Assembly: GCA_015492305.1 (NCBI GenBank)
Contig: WGFJ01000140.1
Span: 287-64,286 of the forward strand
Length of the DNA stretch: 64,000 nt
Source: Deltaproteobacteria bacterium
Lineage (GTDB): Bacteria; Desulfobacterota; GWC2-55-46; S146-80
Direction: 5' to 3'
Part shown: positions 38,479-49,479 of the stretch, piece after piece
Numbering within the stretch: the first letter of the stretch is position 1
Layout of the letters: each line of letters starts with the position of its first letter
Notes under the pieces: model-generated
What the model was told of the DNA's origin: nothing
The model's database searches: none
What the model saw: only the letters and a program-made list of their open reading frames with translations
Program-made: the position numbers and the translations under genes

Positions 38479-39410
38479 GTGAGGCACTCTTCAGGTCCCT
38501 TATCATCCCTTATGCCCTTGAAGGAAGGGGCCCTGAGTTTCCCATCCACAGTCCACTCCTGAAAGGAGACCCTTACCACCATCTCGGGCCTGCACCAGAA
38601 GACCCTCCTCTTCAACCTCGGTTCCACCTCAAAGGGGCAACTCCCTGTTGCAAGCCTCTTCAGCCTCTTGTTGATCACCTCCATATCCCTTGCATCGAAG
38701 CCTGTTCCCACCTGTCCGATGTGGACAAGCCTCCCTTTATGAAAGAGGCCAAGGACAAGGGAGCCAAAAAGACCCCTTCTCTCCCCCTCACCCTCAAGGT
38801 AACCGCACACAACGGCATCCACATCCATCACCCCCTTCACCTTGAGCCAGTAGCTCGACCTTACTCCGGGCAGATAGGGGCTATCCTTCCTCTTTGCCAT
38901 TATCCCCTCGAACCCAAGGGAAAGTGCCTCTCTGTAAAGGGCCTTTCCCCTTGGATAGACCTCCGAGAGGATCACATTCTCACCAAGGGGAAAAAGCCCT
39001 TCAAGTATCCTTCTCCTCTCCACAAGGGGCATCTTCATCAGGTCCTTTCCATCTATGGAGAGGAGATCGAAGACCACATATGTAGCAGGCAGGATACGGG
39101 AAAGGATCTCCACCCTGAAGGGATCCTCCACATGCTCCCTTTCCTGGAGCTTCCTGAAGTCTGGCCTCCCACCTTCAAGGACCACTATCTCACCATCAAG
39201 GATGGCTGAAGATGCCCTCAAGGATGCGGGAAGATCCCGGAACTCTGGATACCTCCTGGTTATGTCCAGGAGCCTCCTGTTCTGCAGCCTGACCCTCCCC
39301 TCCTCAACAAAGGCAATGCACCTTGTGCCGTCCCACTTCAGTTCATAGAGGTAGTCCTCTGAATCTATGGGAGGGGAAGACAGGGCAAGCATGGGGCGGA
39401 TCTGCTTCAT
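38439..39410 (-). CDS. ligD: ATP-dependent DNA ligase (LigD ligase-domain-only type)
   Basis: Adenylation motif I (ELKWDGTRC) and the downstream ligase motifs. 323 aa with no polymerase or phosphoesterase domains. Confidence 0.85.
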   Translation of the reverse strand: MKQIRPMLALSSPPIDSEDYLYELKWDGTRCIAFVEEGRVRLQNRRLLDITRRYPEFRDLPASLRASSAILDGEIVVLEGGRPDFRKLQEREHVEDPFRVEILSRILPATYVVFDLLSIDGKDLMKMPLVERRRILEGLFPLGENVILSEVYPRGKALYREALSLGFEGIMAKRKDSPYLPGVRSSYWLKVKGVMDVDAVVCGYLEGEGERRGLFGSLVLGLFHKGRLVHIGQVGTGFDARDMEVINKRLKRLATGSCPFEVEPRLKRRVFWCRPEMVVRVSFQEWTVDGKLRAPSFKGIRDDKGPEECLTPPSFPGSSSGPP

Positions 39411-39550
39411 ACCCCTTTAATACACCAATCCCTCCTCTTTGTATAGCCTTTCATGCGGGATCTACAAAAGGGTTTGAATCGGTCCCGCTAAGTGCTAAAA
39501 TAAAAGATCCTTTAGAGGGGTTAAGACAGGATTCTCTACAAGGAGTGGGT

Positions 39551-40654
39551 ATGAAGGTTTGCAACAAGGTGAAAGAGGCCTTCCAGGAGAAGGCCCTCTG
39601 GGATGACTGGAGATGGCAGTTCAGGAACAGGATAAGGGACCTTGAAGGCCTGAAGCGTTTCGTAAACCTCACACCTGAAGAGGAGGCAGGTATAAGGTGG
39701 GCCGAAGAGAGGTTCCCCATGGCCATAACCCCCTACCTCCTCTCCCTTATAGATCCCCTTGATCCCGAGTGCCCCGTAAGGAAGCAGGTGATCCCGAGGA
39801 TAGATGAGGCCTTTGTAGCCAGAGGGGACCTCTCTGACCCCTGCGGGGAGGAAAGCCATTCCCCTGTCCCTGGCCTTGTCCACAGGTATCCTGACAGGGT
39901 CCTTCTCCTTGTAACCGACACCTGCGCCTCCTACTGCAGGTACTGCACAAGGAGAAGGAGGGTAGGAGAAGAGGAAAGGGACAGCAGCATTGAGGAAGCC
40001 ATAGAGTACATCAGAAAGAACAGGTCCGTCAGGGACGTCCTCCTTTCCGGTGGAGACCCCCTGATACTGAGCACCGAAAGGCTTGAGGCCATCCTCAAGA
40101 GGATAAGGGAGATACCCCATGTGGAGATAATAAGGATAGGCACAAGGGTGCCTGTAAACCTCCCCCAGAGGATAGATCAGGACCTTACAGGGATGCTCAG
40201 AAGGTATCATCCCATCTTCATGAGCATCCACTTCAGCCATCCAAAGGAGATCACACCGGAGTGTGGAAGGGCCCTCTCGGCCCTTGCAGATGCAGGGATA
40301 CCCCTCGGGAGCCAGACGGTCCTCCTCAGGGGCATAAACGATGATCCCGAGACCATGAAGACCCTGATGCATGGACTCCTCAAGCACAGGGTACGCCCCT
40401 ACTACCTCTACCAGGCAGACCTCGTCCCAGGGACATCCCACTTCAGGACCCCTGTGAGAAAGGGGATAGAGATCATAGAGAGGCTGAGGGGATTCACAAC
40501 GGGCTATGCCGTTCCCACCTTTGTGATAGATGCCCCTGGAGGCGGGGGCAAGGTCCCTGTTGGGCCTGAATATGTGATAAAGATGGACAAGGGGAAGGTC
40601 CTCTTCAGGAACTACGAGGGCAAGACCTTTGAGTATATAGAGCCAGAGGAATGA
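39551..40654 (+). CDS. KamA-family radical SAM protein (lysine 2,3-aminomutase-like)
   Basis: CxxxCxxC in the KamA context (TDTCASYCRYCTRR) and KamA family blocks. Start set at the MKVCNKV ATG, giving 367 aa. Confidence 0.8.
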   Translation: MKVCNKVKEAFQEKALWDDWRWQFRNRIRDLEGLKRFVNLTPEEEAGIRWAEERFPMAITPYLLSLIDPLDPECPVRKQVIPRIDEAFVARGDLSDPCGEESHSPVPGLVHRYPDRVLLLVTDTCASYCRYCTRRRRVGEEERDSSIEEAIEYIRKNRSVRDVLLSGGDPLILSTERLEAILKRIREIPHVEIIRIGTRVPVNLPQRIDQDLTGMLRRYHPIFMSIHFSHPKEITPECGRALSALADAGIPLGSQTVLLRGINDDPETMKTLMHGLLKHRVRPYYLYQADLVPGTSHFRTPVRKGIEIIERLRGFTTGYAVPTFVIDAPGGGGKVPVGPEYVIKMDKGKVLFRNYEGKTFEYIEPEE

Positions 40655-42178
40655 CTACGTGAGGGCCCTGTCAAGGGTCCTGTACTGGATGGCCTCGGAG
40701 AGGTGGGGAGGTCTTATCTCGGATGAACCATCAAGGTCGGCAACGGTTCTGGCCACCTTGAGGATCCTGGTGTAGGCCCTTGCGGAGAGTCCAAGCCTCT
40801 CCACAGCAACCTCAAGGAGCCTTTTACACTCACTATCCAGCCTGCAGTACCTCCTTATGAGCCTCAGGGGCATCTGGGCATTTGAATGGATGCCTGTCCC
40901 CTTAAAGCGCTCCCTTTGCATAGACCTTGCCCTCTCAACCCTTTCCTTTATGCTTTCAGACCCTTCCCCTTCCCCCTCCGCGGATAGATCCCTGTAGCTC
41001 AAGGAAGGGACATCCAGGTGGATGTCTATCCTGTCCAGGATGGGACCGGATATCTTGGATCTGTAACGCTGTATCTGGAGGGGCGTACACCTGCACTGGT
41101 GCCGACTATCCCCCCAGAAACCGCAGGGACATGGGTTCATGGCCGCTATGAGCATGAAACGGGCCGGGTAGGTGATGGACTGGACAGCCCTTGAGATGGT
41201 CACCCTCCCGTCCTCAAGGGGCTGTCTCAGCACCTCCAACACATTCTTCCTGAACTCGGGGAACTCGTCAAGGAAGAGGACCCCGTTATGGGCAAGGGAT
41301 ATCTCCCCTGGCCTCGGGATGCTTCCCCCTCCCACAAGGGCGATATCCGATATGGTGTGATGGGGTGCCCTGAAGGGTCTCCTCATTATAAGACCCGTCC
41401 TGCCATCGAGGAGGCCGACCACGCTGTAGATCTTCGTAACCTCAAGGGCCTCTTCAAAGGTCATGTCCGGGAGGATGGTGGGGACCCTCCGTGCAAGCAT
41501 GGTCTTTCCAGCCCCTGGAGGCCCTATCATGATCACATTGTGGCCTCCTGCAGCAGCCACCTCAAGGGCCCTCTTTGCGTACTCCTGCCCCTTTACCTCG
41601 GAAAAATCCACATCCTCACCGTCTTCTATCCCCCTTTCCCCTTCCCCATGGAAGGGTTCGATGGTCCTTTCCCCTCTCAGGTGCTCCACCAGATGGGAGA
41701 GGGTCTTCACCCCTATGGCCTCCGTCCCCTCCACAAGGGATGCCTCCGGGCAGTTCCCTTCCGGAAGGAAGATGGTCCTCACCCCCTTCTTTCTGGCCAT
41801 GATGGCCATGGGAAGGACACCCTTGACGGTCTTCACCCTTCCATCAAGGGCAAGCTCCCCAAGGATGAGGGATGATGAGACCCTTTCCTGGGGTATGACC
41901 CCCTGGGCCGCAAGGATGGCTACCGCTGTGGGGAGATCGAAGAGGCTTCCTTCCTTCTTTATATCGGCAGGGGCAAGGTTTACAGTGACCCTTCCCGATG
42001 GGAAGGGATAACCGGAGTTCTTGATGGCCGCCTTTACCCTGTCCCTGCTCTCCTTTACAGCGCTGTCAGGGAGACCAACGGTGGAAAAGACCGGAAGCCC
42101 CTGAGATATATCCACCTCCACCTCAACAAGGCAGGCATCGATCCCTATGAGGGTGGCGCTTAAGGTCCTTGAAAGCAA
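40655..42178 (-). CDS. YifB/ComM family Mg-chelatase-like AAA+ ATPase
   Basis: N-terminal Lon-like substrate domain, Walker A ([13 protein letters not shown]), and the family C-terminal domain. 507 aa. Confidence 0.85.
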   Translation of the reverse strand: MLSRTLSATLIGIDACLVEVEVDISQGLPVFSTVGLPDSAVKESRDRVKAAIKNSGYPFPSGRVTVNLAPADIKKEGSLFDLPTAVAILAAQGVIPQERVSSSLILGELALDGRVKTVKGVLPMAIMARKKGVRTIFLPEGNCPEASLVEGTEAIGVKTLSHLVEHLRGERTIEPFHGEGERGIEDGEDVDFSEVKGQEYAKRALEVAAAGGHNVIMIGPPGAGKTMLARRVPTILPDMTFEEALEVTKIYSVVGLLDGRTGLIMRRPFRAPHHTISDIALVGGGSIPRPGEISLAHNGVLFLDEFPEFRKNVLEVLRQPLEDGRVTISRAVQSITYPARFMLIAAMNPCPCGFWGDSRHQCRCTPLQIQRYRSKISGPILDRIDIHLDVPSLSYRDLSAEGEGEGSESIKERVERARSMQRERFKGTGIHSNAQMPLRLIRRYCRLDSECKRLLEVAVERLGLSARAYTRILKVARTVADLDGSSEIRPPHLSEAIQYRTLDRALT

Positions 42179-42188
42179 GGGCCTCTCC

Positions 42189-42806
42189 TCAACCTCCCTT
42201 TCTGCCTATCTGGAAGGGGAAATCGCCATATGGGTCAAAGTCATCTGCCTTGGGAGGGTTCTCCTCAAGCCACTTCTCGTAAAGTCTCCTGCGCCTTTCA
42301 GACTCCTCTTCCCATTTGGCCCATCTCTCCTCCATTGCCTCCCTTTCCCTCTTGAAGAGGGCAAGACGGTTCTCCCATCCACCGTCCTTCCTCAGCTCCT
42401 CTGCCACATAGGGGTAAAACCTCCTCACCCACTCAGGAAGGAGCATGAGCCTCACCTTCACAGGGAGGACCTTCACATAAAAGGGCAGCTCCATATCCTC
42501 AACGAGGAAGGCCTTTATGGCATATGGGAAGTCCACCCAGTACCAGAAGGCCCTCTTGCCCTTCCCCATTACGGTGGCATCATCAGGGAAGTGTCCTGGT
42601 AGCGCATTGTTTGTCATGAGAAGGTGGTCATGGACGAGATAGGCCTCCTCTATGACCGGTTTGTATTCGGCAATACCGCCAAAGGCCATCTCTGGCATGT
42701 CATGATCAAGGCGCAGGGTGTATCTCAGATGGCCCTTCACAAGGCCGGTAAAAAGGTATGCCAGAAGGCCTGCAATCACCAGGGTTCCAAGTATGTACCT
42801 CTTCAT
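42189..42806 (-). CDS. hypothetical membrane-anchored protein
   Basis: N-terminal TM helix, a W/Y/F-rich body and a charged coiled C-terminal tail. Sits 10 bp upstream of the YifB-like gene on the same strand. Confidence 0.4.
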   Translation of the reverse strand: MKRYILGTLVIAGLLAYLFTGLVKGHLRYTLRLDHDMPEMAFGGIAEYKPVIEEAYLVHDHLLMTNNALPGHFPDDATVMGKGKRAFWYWVDFPYAIKAFLVEDMELPFYVKVLPVKVRLMLLPEWVRRFYPYVAEELRKDGGWENRLALFKREREAMEERWAKWEEESERRRRLYEKWLEENPPKADDFDPYGDFPFQIGRKGG

Positions 42807-42974
42807 CCAGACCCCCTACTTCAAAATTTGTAGTAAGCATGTAGTATGCCATAGATACCCAGGAAAGTCAATCCTTATAGAACCACAGGCCATGAACCTA
42901 TTTTTTACCATTGTTCTCAACCAGTCAAGCCTTTTGTCTTGTAAAAACCTCGCTCAGAAGAGAAAATATACCGG

Positions 42975-43709
42975 ATGAGGAGGTTCTTCAGTCAGGAGAT
43001 AGATGAGAAAAAAGGCACCATACTCCTCAATGGTGAAGAGTACCACCATCTGCGTGATGTCCTCAGGCTCTCTGAAGGGGAAAGGGTCATCGTCCTGGAT
43101 GGCAGGGGGAGGGAGTATCTTGCCTCTGTGGAGGAATTGAAAAAGGGTAAGGGGGTGCTCCGGATCCTGGATGTAAGGGTTGCAAGGGCTCCAGGGATCA
43201 GGGTATCCCTTGCCCAGGCCTTACCAAAGGCCTCCAAGATGGATCTCATAGTCCAGAAGACCACCGAACTCGGGGTCTGGGAGGTGTACCCCCTTTTCAC
43301 CGAAAGATCCATACCAAGGTTGAAGGGACAAAGGGCAGAGGAGAGGGTAAAAAGGTGGAGAAGGATAGCCATAGAGGCCATAAAGCAGTGCCGATCCCCC
43401 TTCCTGCCCTCGATCCATCCCATCCACTCCTTTGAGGAATTCCTCAAGCTCCCCTTTGATGGCCTGAAGCTCCTCTTCTGGGAAGGTGAGGAAAGGAGGA
43501 GGTTGAGGGACCTTGAAGATCCTATAAGGTCATCAGATGCCCTCCTTGTGGCCATAGGCCCTGAAGGAGGCTTCTCTGAAAAGGAGGTGGACATGGCCTC
43601 CCAGGCAGGCTTCATCACTGTGGGTCTTGGCGAGAGGGTCCTGAGGACAGAAACGGCCCCTATATCCATCATCTCTATCCTCCTTTACATAGGTGGAGAG
43701 ATGGGTTAG
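42975..43709 (+). CDS. rsmE: 16S rRNA (uracil1498-N3)-methyltransferase
   Basis: RsmE-like PUA plus SPOUT fold (…GPEGGFSEKEV…). 244 aa. Confidence 0.8.
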   Translation: MRRFFSQEIDEKKGTILLNGEEYHHLRDVLRLSEGERVIVLDGRGREYLASVEELKKGKGVLRILDVRVARAPGIRVSLAQALPKASKMDLIVQKTTELGVWEVYPLFTERSIPRLKGQRAEERVKRWRRIAIEAIKQCRSPFLPSIHPIHSFEEFLKLPFDGLKLLFWEGEERRRLRDLEDPIRSSDALLVAIGPEGGFSEKEVDMASQAGFITVGLGERVLRTETAPISIISILLYIGGEMG

Positions 43710-43768
43710 TTCTTTTGAAACTTCTTCACCATTCTGCTAAAATGAGAAAAACAGGAAAGGAGGGAGCC

Positions 43769-44437
43769 ATGGCTGAAAGATGGAAGGAGGAAAGGGAGAG
43801 GTATGAGAAGAAGGTAGAAGAAAAGCTGAAGGAATGGAGAGAAGGGCTGAAAGGGATCGAAGAGGGGATCAAAGGGCTTACCGGAAAGGCAAGGGAAACA
43901 TCTGAGAGCGCCCTCCAGGAACTGAAAGAGATGGTTGAGAATGCCCAGGAAAGGCTGAAGGGGTTGAGGGAGAAGGGTGAAGAGGCCTGGAAGGAAGGAA
44001 AGGAAAGCATGAACAAGCTCCTCAAAGGGATCGAGGATTCCTATGGGGAGCTAAAAGAGAGGGTGGAAAAGGGTGTTGGAACGGCGAGGGAAGAGATGGC
44101 CAGGCTCCAGGAAAAGGTGAGTGTATCCACCCTCTGGGAGAGGATAGAGAAAGGGCTTGATGAGGCATGGGAGGCCTCAAAGAAGACAGCCCAGTGGGTT
44201 ACAAAGGAGGTTGGCAAGGCCACGAAGAAGACGAAACTCGTCATAGAAAACCACAGGATACAGGGTCAGATAACGAAACTCCTCGCCCAGGTGGGAAATG
44301 AGGTATACACCACCATAGTCAAGGAAGGAAAGAGGAGCTTTGTCCCCAATTCGGAGGTGAAGGACCTCCTTGAAAGGGTAAAAGGACTTGAGGAGGAGAT
44401 GAACAAGAACCTCGAGGAGATGAAAAAGGAACCCTGA
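43769..44437 (+). CDS. coiled-coil protein (phasin/apolipoprotein-like amphipathic helices)
   Basis: Highly charged E/K/L-rich heptad-repeat protein. Start set at the ATG that has an AAAGGAGGGAG ribosome-binding site. Confidence 0.45.
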   Translation: MAERWKEERERYEKKVEEKLKEWREGLKGIEEGIKGLTGKARETSESALQELKEMVENAQERLKGLREKGEEAWKEGKESMNKLLKGIEDSYGELKERVEKGVGTAREEMARLQEKVSVSTLWERIEKGLDEAWEASKKTAQWVTKEVGKATKKTKLVIENHRIQGQITKLLAQVGNEVYTTIVKEGKRSFVPNSEVKDLLERVKGLEEEMNKNLEEMKKEP

Positions 44438-44457
44438 GGCCCTGGTCCCGATGGATT

Positions 44458-45057
44458 ATGGCAAATCTCATAACCCTCTTAAGGCTTCCCCTTCTGTTTG
44501 CGGTCATCCTCCTCATCTACATGGAGGGACCCTTGAGGTTTTTGGCGCCCCCCTTGATTGCCATCCTCTTTTTGATGGACTGGATGGACGGGCTCGTTGC
44601 AAGACAAAGGGCAGAGGTATCCGAACTTGGAAGCATACTTGACATAGCCATAGACAGGGTTGTGGAAAGCCTCCTGTGGGTGGTATTTGCGGATATAGAC
44701 ATGGTCCCTGTATGGGCCCCCCTCCTCGTCATAACAAGGGGATTCATCGGTGACACCATAAGGGGATATGCCCTCTCAAAGGGGCTAACCCCTTTTGAGA
44801 TGATGGAGTCCGGGATAGGTCACTTCCTCGTCTCCTCAAGGTTCATGAGGGGCCTTTACGGGATTGCAAAGGTAACCATCTTCGTCACCCTCTCTCTGGT
44901 CCTCGCCCTGAAGCCATATGTGGGAGAGATACCCAGGGGGGTGGAATCCTCCATGTACTGGGGTGTTGTCCTTGTTGTTGGGCTGTGTGTCCTGAGGGGG
45001 TTGCCAGTGGTTATTGAGGGAAGGAGGCTCTTCTCCTACGGGGGGAAGTCCCTGTGA
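44458..45057 (+). CDS. CDP-alcohol phosphatidyltransferase family protein
   Basis: Membrane protein carrying the D-G-x2-A-R motif (DWMDGLVAR…). Confidence 0.75.
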   Translation: MANLITLLRLPLLFAVILLIYMEGPLRFLAPPLIAILFLMDWMDGLVARQRAEVSELGSILDIAIDRVVESLLWVVFADIDMVPVWAPLLVITRGFIGDTIRGYALSKGLTPFEMMESGIGHFLVSSRFMRGLYGIAKVTIFVTLSLVLALKPYVGEIPRGVESSMYWGVVLVVGLCVLRGLPVVIEGRRLFSYGGKSL

Positions 45058-45740
45058 GAAGGGCTGCATTCTTCGATCTTGACGGCACCCTTTTGGAGGG
45101 ATCGAGTGAGAGGGTCTTTATAAGGTATCTGATCGAGAGGAAGGCAATGGGTCTCAAAGGGCTCTTTCGCCTCCTTCCCCCTCTTCGGAGGGATCTGGTA
45201 AGGGCTATGAAGGGAAACAAGCTCTACCTGAAGGATATGGATGCAGGGTATGTAGAGGCCCTCTCCCTGAGGTGTTTCAGAGAGAGGATATCCCCGCTCC
45301 TGTCACCCCCTGTGATTGAGAGGGTTGAATTCCACAGGAAGAGGGGCGATCTCCTTGTTCTCCTTACAGGTTCACTGGAGTTCCTTGCAGAACCTGTGGG
45401 GTCCCACCTGGGGATCCCTGTGGTCATTGCAACAAGGCTTGGAAGGGCAAATGGCTCACTCACAGGCACCATACAAGGGCTCCACCCCTATGGGGATAAC
45501 AAGCTAAAGCTGCTCCGAGAGTTATCTGAAAGGGAGGGAATCGATCTCAAAGGGTCATGGGCATACGGTAACAGCTTTTCCGATCGAAAGGTGCTAAAGG
45601 CCGTTGGAAACCCGGTTGCCGTCAACCCGGATCCCCTCCTGTGGTTCCTTGCAAGGATGAAAGGATGGGAGATAATCACAACCAGGGAGGTGTGCCATGG
45701 CGAGAAAGAAGGCCCTTCTTGTAATAGACATGCTCAATGA
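45054..45740 (+). CDS. HAD-IB family hydrolase (phosphoserine phosphatase-like)
   Basis: DLDGT motif at the N-terminus and a HAD-IB cap. Confidence 0.7.
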   Translation: MRRAAFFDLDGTLLEGSSERVFIRYLIERKAMGLKGLFRLLPPLRRDLVRAMKGNKLYLKDMDAGYVEALSLRCFRERISPLLSPPVIERVEFHRKRGDLLVLLTGSLEFLAEPVGSHLGIPVVIATRLGRANGSLTGTIQGLHPYGDNKLKLLRELSEREGIDLKGSWAYGNSFSDRKVLKAVGNPVAVNPDPLLWFLARMKGWEIITTREVCHGEKEGPSCNRHAQ

Positions 45741-46215
45741 CTTTGTGAGGGAAGGGGCCCCACTTGAGGTCCCTGAAACAAGGAAGATCATACCCAACAT
45801 AGCAAAGAGGATAGAAGAGGCAAGGAAGGAAGGGATACCTGTCATATACCTCTGCGACAACCACAGGGAGGATGACCCTGAGTTCAAGGTGTGGCCAAGA
45901 CACGCCGTTAAGGGGACAAAGGGGGCCGAAGTGGTGGAGGAACTCAGGCCCCAGCCAGGAGATATGGTTGTTCCAAAGGTCAGCTATTCCGGTTTCTTCC
46001 AGACCGACCTTGATGAAAGGCTGAAGTCCTTAGAGGTAGAGGAACTCATCCTCACCGGGTGTGTAACCAACATATGCGTCCTCTACACCGCTGTGGATGC
46101 CTATATGAGGGGTTACTACGTGGATGTTCCAGAAGACTCTGTGGCAGCCCTTAACCCTGAAGACCACCGCTTCGCCCTGAGGCAGATAAAGGAAGTGTTG
46201 AAACCAAGGCGCTGA
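45697..46215 (+). CDS. isochorismatase-family cysteine hydrolase (nicotinamidase-like)
   Basis: [11 protein letters not shown]-terminus with a catalytic Cys in the context [10 protein letters not shown]. Confidence 0.75.
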   Translation: MARKKALLVIDMLNDFVREGAPLEVPETRKIIPNIAKRIEEARKEGIPVIYLCDNHREDDPEFKVWPRHAVKGTKGAEVVEELRPQPGDMVVPKVSYSGFFQTDLDERLKSLEVEELILTGCVTNICVLYTAVDAYMRGYYVDVPEDSVAALNPEDHRFALRQIKEVLKPRR

Positions 46216-46219
46216 TTCT

Positions 46220-47344
46220 GTGAGGCAGGATATCAAACTCTTTAAGGTAATAGGAATACAGATCTCCATAGACTACTCGTGGTTCATCATCTTTGCACTT
46301 GTTGCCTGGAGCCTTGCCCAGGGATACTTCCCCTACTTCAGACCCGGCCTTACCGTGGGAAGCTACTGGTTCATGGGCTTCCTCTCCTCCCTCCTCCTCT
46401 TTGCCTCCGTTGTGGTCCATGAACTCTGCCATTCCTATGTGGCAAAGAGGATGGGGGTGGATATAAAGGAGATCACCCTCTTCATCTTCGGTGGTGTGGC
46501 CCAGCTATCCAGGGAACCGGACAGGGCCGAAGAGGAACTGAAGATAGCCATAGCCGGTCCTGCTGCAAGCATTGCCCTTGCCGTATTCTTCTTCCTCCTG
46601 ACAAAGGCGGTAGCGACCCTCCACCCCACTTCCATATTCATCGACATCTTCCGCTACACCTTCATCATCAACATAGTCCTTGCCGTCTTCAACCTCATAC
46701 CTGGCTTCCCCCTCGACGGTGGGAGGATACTCAGGGCCATATGGTGGTGGAAGACGGCAGACCTTGAGAGGGCCACCCAGGTGGCAAGCAATGCTGGAAA
46801 GGCGTTCTCCACCTTCCTCATATTCCTGGGGATACTCCAGATCCTCAGGCTGAACATAATAGGCGGTGTATGGGCCATACTCATAGGTATGTTCCTCCGC
46901 CAGGCAGCGGAAAGCAGCTATCAGCAACTGGTTGTAAAGAGGATACTGTGGGGTATAAAGGTGAGGGACATAATGACAAGGGACCCGGTAGCCGTGGATA
47001 GCACCATGCCCCTTGAGAGGGTGGTGGAGGAGTACTTCTTCCATCATCCCTACGTGAGCTATCCCGTCCTTGAAGGCGGGAAGGTGATCGGTCTCCTCAC
47101 CCTCCAGGACATAAGGAGGGTGCCAAAGGAGGAATGGGGAAGGCTCACAGCAGGTGAGGTTGTGGAGAGGCTCGATGAGGACCTCTTCCTGCACCCTGAT
47201 GACAGGGTATCGGAGGCCCTTGAGAAGATGATAAACCTGGGCAGGGGTAGGCTGGTCGTTGTTGAAGGAGAGAGGCTCACTGGCATCGTGACAAGGAGGG
47301 ATATAATGAAACTCCTCGAGGTGAGGAGGATCGTTGGAGGGTGA
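46220..47344 (+). CDS. site-2 protease (M50) family protein with tandem CBS domains
   Basis: HExxH in a TM helix (HELCHSY), an LDG motif, and a C-terminal CBS pair. Confidence 0.85.
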   Translation: MRQDIKLFKVIGIQISIDYSWFIIFALVAWSLAQGYFPYFRPGLTVGSYWFMGFLSSLLLFASVVVHELCHSYVAKRMGVDIKEITLFIFGGVAQLSREPDRAEEELKIAIAGPAASIALAVFFFLLTKAVATLHPTSIFIDIFRYTFIINIVLAVFNLIPGFPLDGGRILRAIWWWKTADLERATQVASNAGKAFSTFLIFLGILQILRLNIIGGVWAILIGMFLRQAAESSYQQLVVKRILWGIKVRDIMTRDPVAVDSTMPLERVVEEYFFHHPYVSYPVLEGGKVIGLLTLQDIRRVPKEEWGRLTAGEVVERLDEDLFLHPDDRVSEALEKMINLGRGRLVVVEGERLTGIVTRRDIMKLLEVRRIVGG

Positions 47345-47723
47345 AAGGGACCTGAAACTGAGGCCCATAGGCTTCATCGTCTCTCCCTACAAGACCATGG
47401 AGGAGGCACCAAGGCAGGGCTTCCTCTCCCGGCAGCCATCAAGGATCGTCATCTACGAGGCATACAGGAAGGGCCTTGATGGCATCAAGGCAGGGATGGA
47501 GCTGGATGTCCTGTACTGGATGGACAGGGCGGAAAGGGAAAGGCTCTACAGCGAAGGAAAGGGACGGGGGGTCTTCCTCACCCGAAGCCCCCACAGACCA
47601 AACCCCATCGGGGTCTCCACCGTAAAGGTCCTTGAAGTGGGGGATGGGGAAGTGGTTGTGAGGGGTCTTGATGCCATCGATGGGACCCCTGTGCTGGACA
47701 TAAAACCTGCCATCAAGGGATAG
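47334..47723 (+). CDS. TrmO/TsaA-family tRNA methyltransferase (UPF0066)
   Basis: [10 protein letters not shown]…[11 protein letters not shown] family signature. 129 aa. Confidence 0.7.
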   Translation: MEGERDLKLRPIGFIVSPYKTMEEAPRQGFLSRQPSRIVIYEAYRKGLDGIKAGMELDVLYWMDRAERERLYSEGKGRGVFLTRSPHRPNPIGVSTVKVLEVGDGEVVVRGLDAIDGTPVLDIKPAIKG

Positions 47724-47724
47724 G

Positions 47725-49473
47725 ATGGAGAATTCAGAGATAGCAAGGATCCTCAACGAGATCGCCGATCTTCTGGAGATCAAGGGCGACAACCCCTTCA
47801 GGATACGCTCCTACAGGAATGCAGCCCTCACCATAGAGAACCTGCCCTTCCACCTGGAGACAATGGTAAGGGAGGATGAGTCAAGACTGGACGAAATACC
47901 CAGGATAGGTAAGGGGCTCCACGAAAAGATAGTGGAGATAGTGAATACAGGAAGGTGCAGGTACCATGAAGACCTCCTGAAGGAGATACCCCATTCCCTC
48001 CTCGATCTCCTCAGGATCTCCGGTCTCGGACCGAAGAAGGTCCAGACCCTGTGGAAGGAGCTTGGTGTCACCAGTATCGACGACCTCGAGAGGGTGCTTA
48101 AGGCCGGCCTCATAAAGAAACTCCCCGGCATGGGGGCAAAGACGGAGGAGAAGATCCTGAGGTCCCTTGAGGAATTCAAGAAAAGGATGGGAAGGTTCAA
48201 GCTTGCAACCGCCCTCACCTACGCCCAGGCCCTTGTCTCCTATCTGCGGGAACTGGACGGTATCTACCAGGTGGAGCCTGCAGGCAGTCTGAGGAGGAGG
48301 AAGGACACCATAGGTGACATCGATATCCTTGTTACCTGCAGAAAGGGAGTCCCTGTGATGGAGAGGTTCGTGAATTACAGGGAGGTCAGGGAGGTCCTCG
48401 CAAAGGGTGATACCAAATCCAGTGTCATCCTCAAGTGCGGGATCCAGACCGATCTAAGGGTCCTGAGCAAGGAATCGTTCGGGGCGGCCCTCCATTACTT
48501 CACCGGCTCAAAGAACCACAACATAGCCATAAGGGAGAGGGCCAGGAAGAGGGGACTCAAGATAAGCGAATACGGCATATTCAGGGAGGATACAGGTGAG
48601 AGGATAGGAGGGGAGAGGGAGGAGGATGTCTTCAGGTCTGTGGGACTGCCCTTCATAGCCCCTGAACTCAGAGAGAACAGGGGAGAGATAGAGGCAGCAG
48701 AAGAGGGAAGGCTCCCGAAGCTCATCGAGTTGAGGGATATCAAGGGGGACCTCCAGATCCATACAAGGGAGAGTGACGGGGCAAACACCATTGAGGAGAT
48801 GGCTGCCTCGGCCCTTGAGATGGGTTACCAATACATCGCCATAACGGAGCACTCAAAGGCCGTTAGCGTTGCAAAGGGGCTCGATGAGGGAAGGGTCCTT
48901 GAACATATGAAGAGGATTGAAGAGGTGGACAGGAGGTTCAAGGAGAAGGGTCTGAGGGTGCTCAAGGGGATAGAGGTGGACATACTCCCCTCCGGAGACC
49001 TCGATCTGGATGGTGAGGTCCTGAAGAGGCTCGATATCGTTGTCGGCGCCGTCCATTCGAAGTTCAACATGACAAAGGAGGAGATGACGGAAAGGGTGAT
49101 AAGGGCCATTGAGACGGGCCTTATCGACATCCTTGCCCATCCCACAGGAAGGCTCATAGGTGAGAGGGAGCCCTACCCCATCGACATGGAGAGGGTCATG
49201 GATGTGGCAAAGAGGTTCGGCGTCATCATGGAGCTCAATGCCTATCCCGATCGCCTTGACCTCAACGACATCCACTGCAAGCTTGCCAAGGACAAGGGGG
49301 TCATGGTGGCCATCTCCACAGACTCACACAACAGGATGCACCTGTGGAACATGAAGTACGGGATCTACACGGCAAGAAGGGGATGGCTCGAGAAGGAGGA
49401 TGTACTCAACACAAGGAGCTACACGGACCTCTTGAAGGTCATAGAGGAGAGGAGGGGGCTTCCCTCTCCATGA
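47725..49473 (+). CDS. polX: DNA polymerase X with C-terminal PHP 3'-5' exonuclease domain
   Basis: N-terminal HhH (IADLLEIKG…FRIRSYRNAA), Pol-beta nucleotidyltransferase GS…DIDIL, and C-terminal PHP His motifs. Confidence 0.9.
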   Translation: MENSEIARILNEIADLLEIKGDNPFRIRSYRNAALTIENLPFHLETMVREDESRLDEIPRIGKGLHEKIVEIVNTGRCRYHEDLLKEIPHSLLDLLRISGLGPKKVQTLWKELGVTSIDDLERVLKAGLIKKLPGMGAKTEEKILRSLEEFKKRMGRFKLATALTYAQALVSYLRELDGIYQVEPAGSLRRRKDTIGDIDILVTCRKGVPVMERFVNYREVREVLAKGDTKSSVILKCGIQTDLRVLSKESFGAALHYFTGSKNHNIAIRERARKRGLKISEYGIFREDTGERIGGEREEDVFRSVGLPFIAPELRENRGEIEAAEEGRLPKLIELRDIKGDLQIHTRESDGANTIEEMAASALEMGYQYIAITEHSKAVSVAKGLDEGRVLEHMKRIEEVDRRFKEKGLRVLKGIEVDILPSGDLDLDGEVLKRLDIVVGAVHSKFNMTKEEMTERVIRAIETGLIDILAHPTGRLIGEREPYPIDMERVMDVAKRFGVIMELNAYPDRLDLNDIHCKLAKDKGVMVAISTDSHNRMHLWNMKYGIYTARRGWLEKEDVLNTRSYTDLLKVIEERRGLPSP

Positions 49474-49479
49474 GCCCCC

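Noticed and set aside
39536-40441. 301-aa minus-strand ORF antisense to the kamA-family gene
   Set aside because: Same reasoning as above. The plus-strand frame contains the radical SAM CxxxCxxC motif and KamA blocks.
46505-47377. 290-aa minus-strand ORF antisense to the site-2 protease/CBS gene
   Set aside because: No motifs. The plus-strand frame has HExxH within a TM helix and CBS domains.
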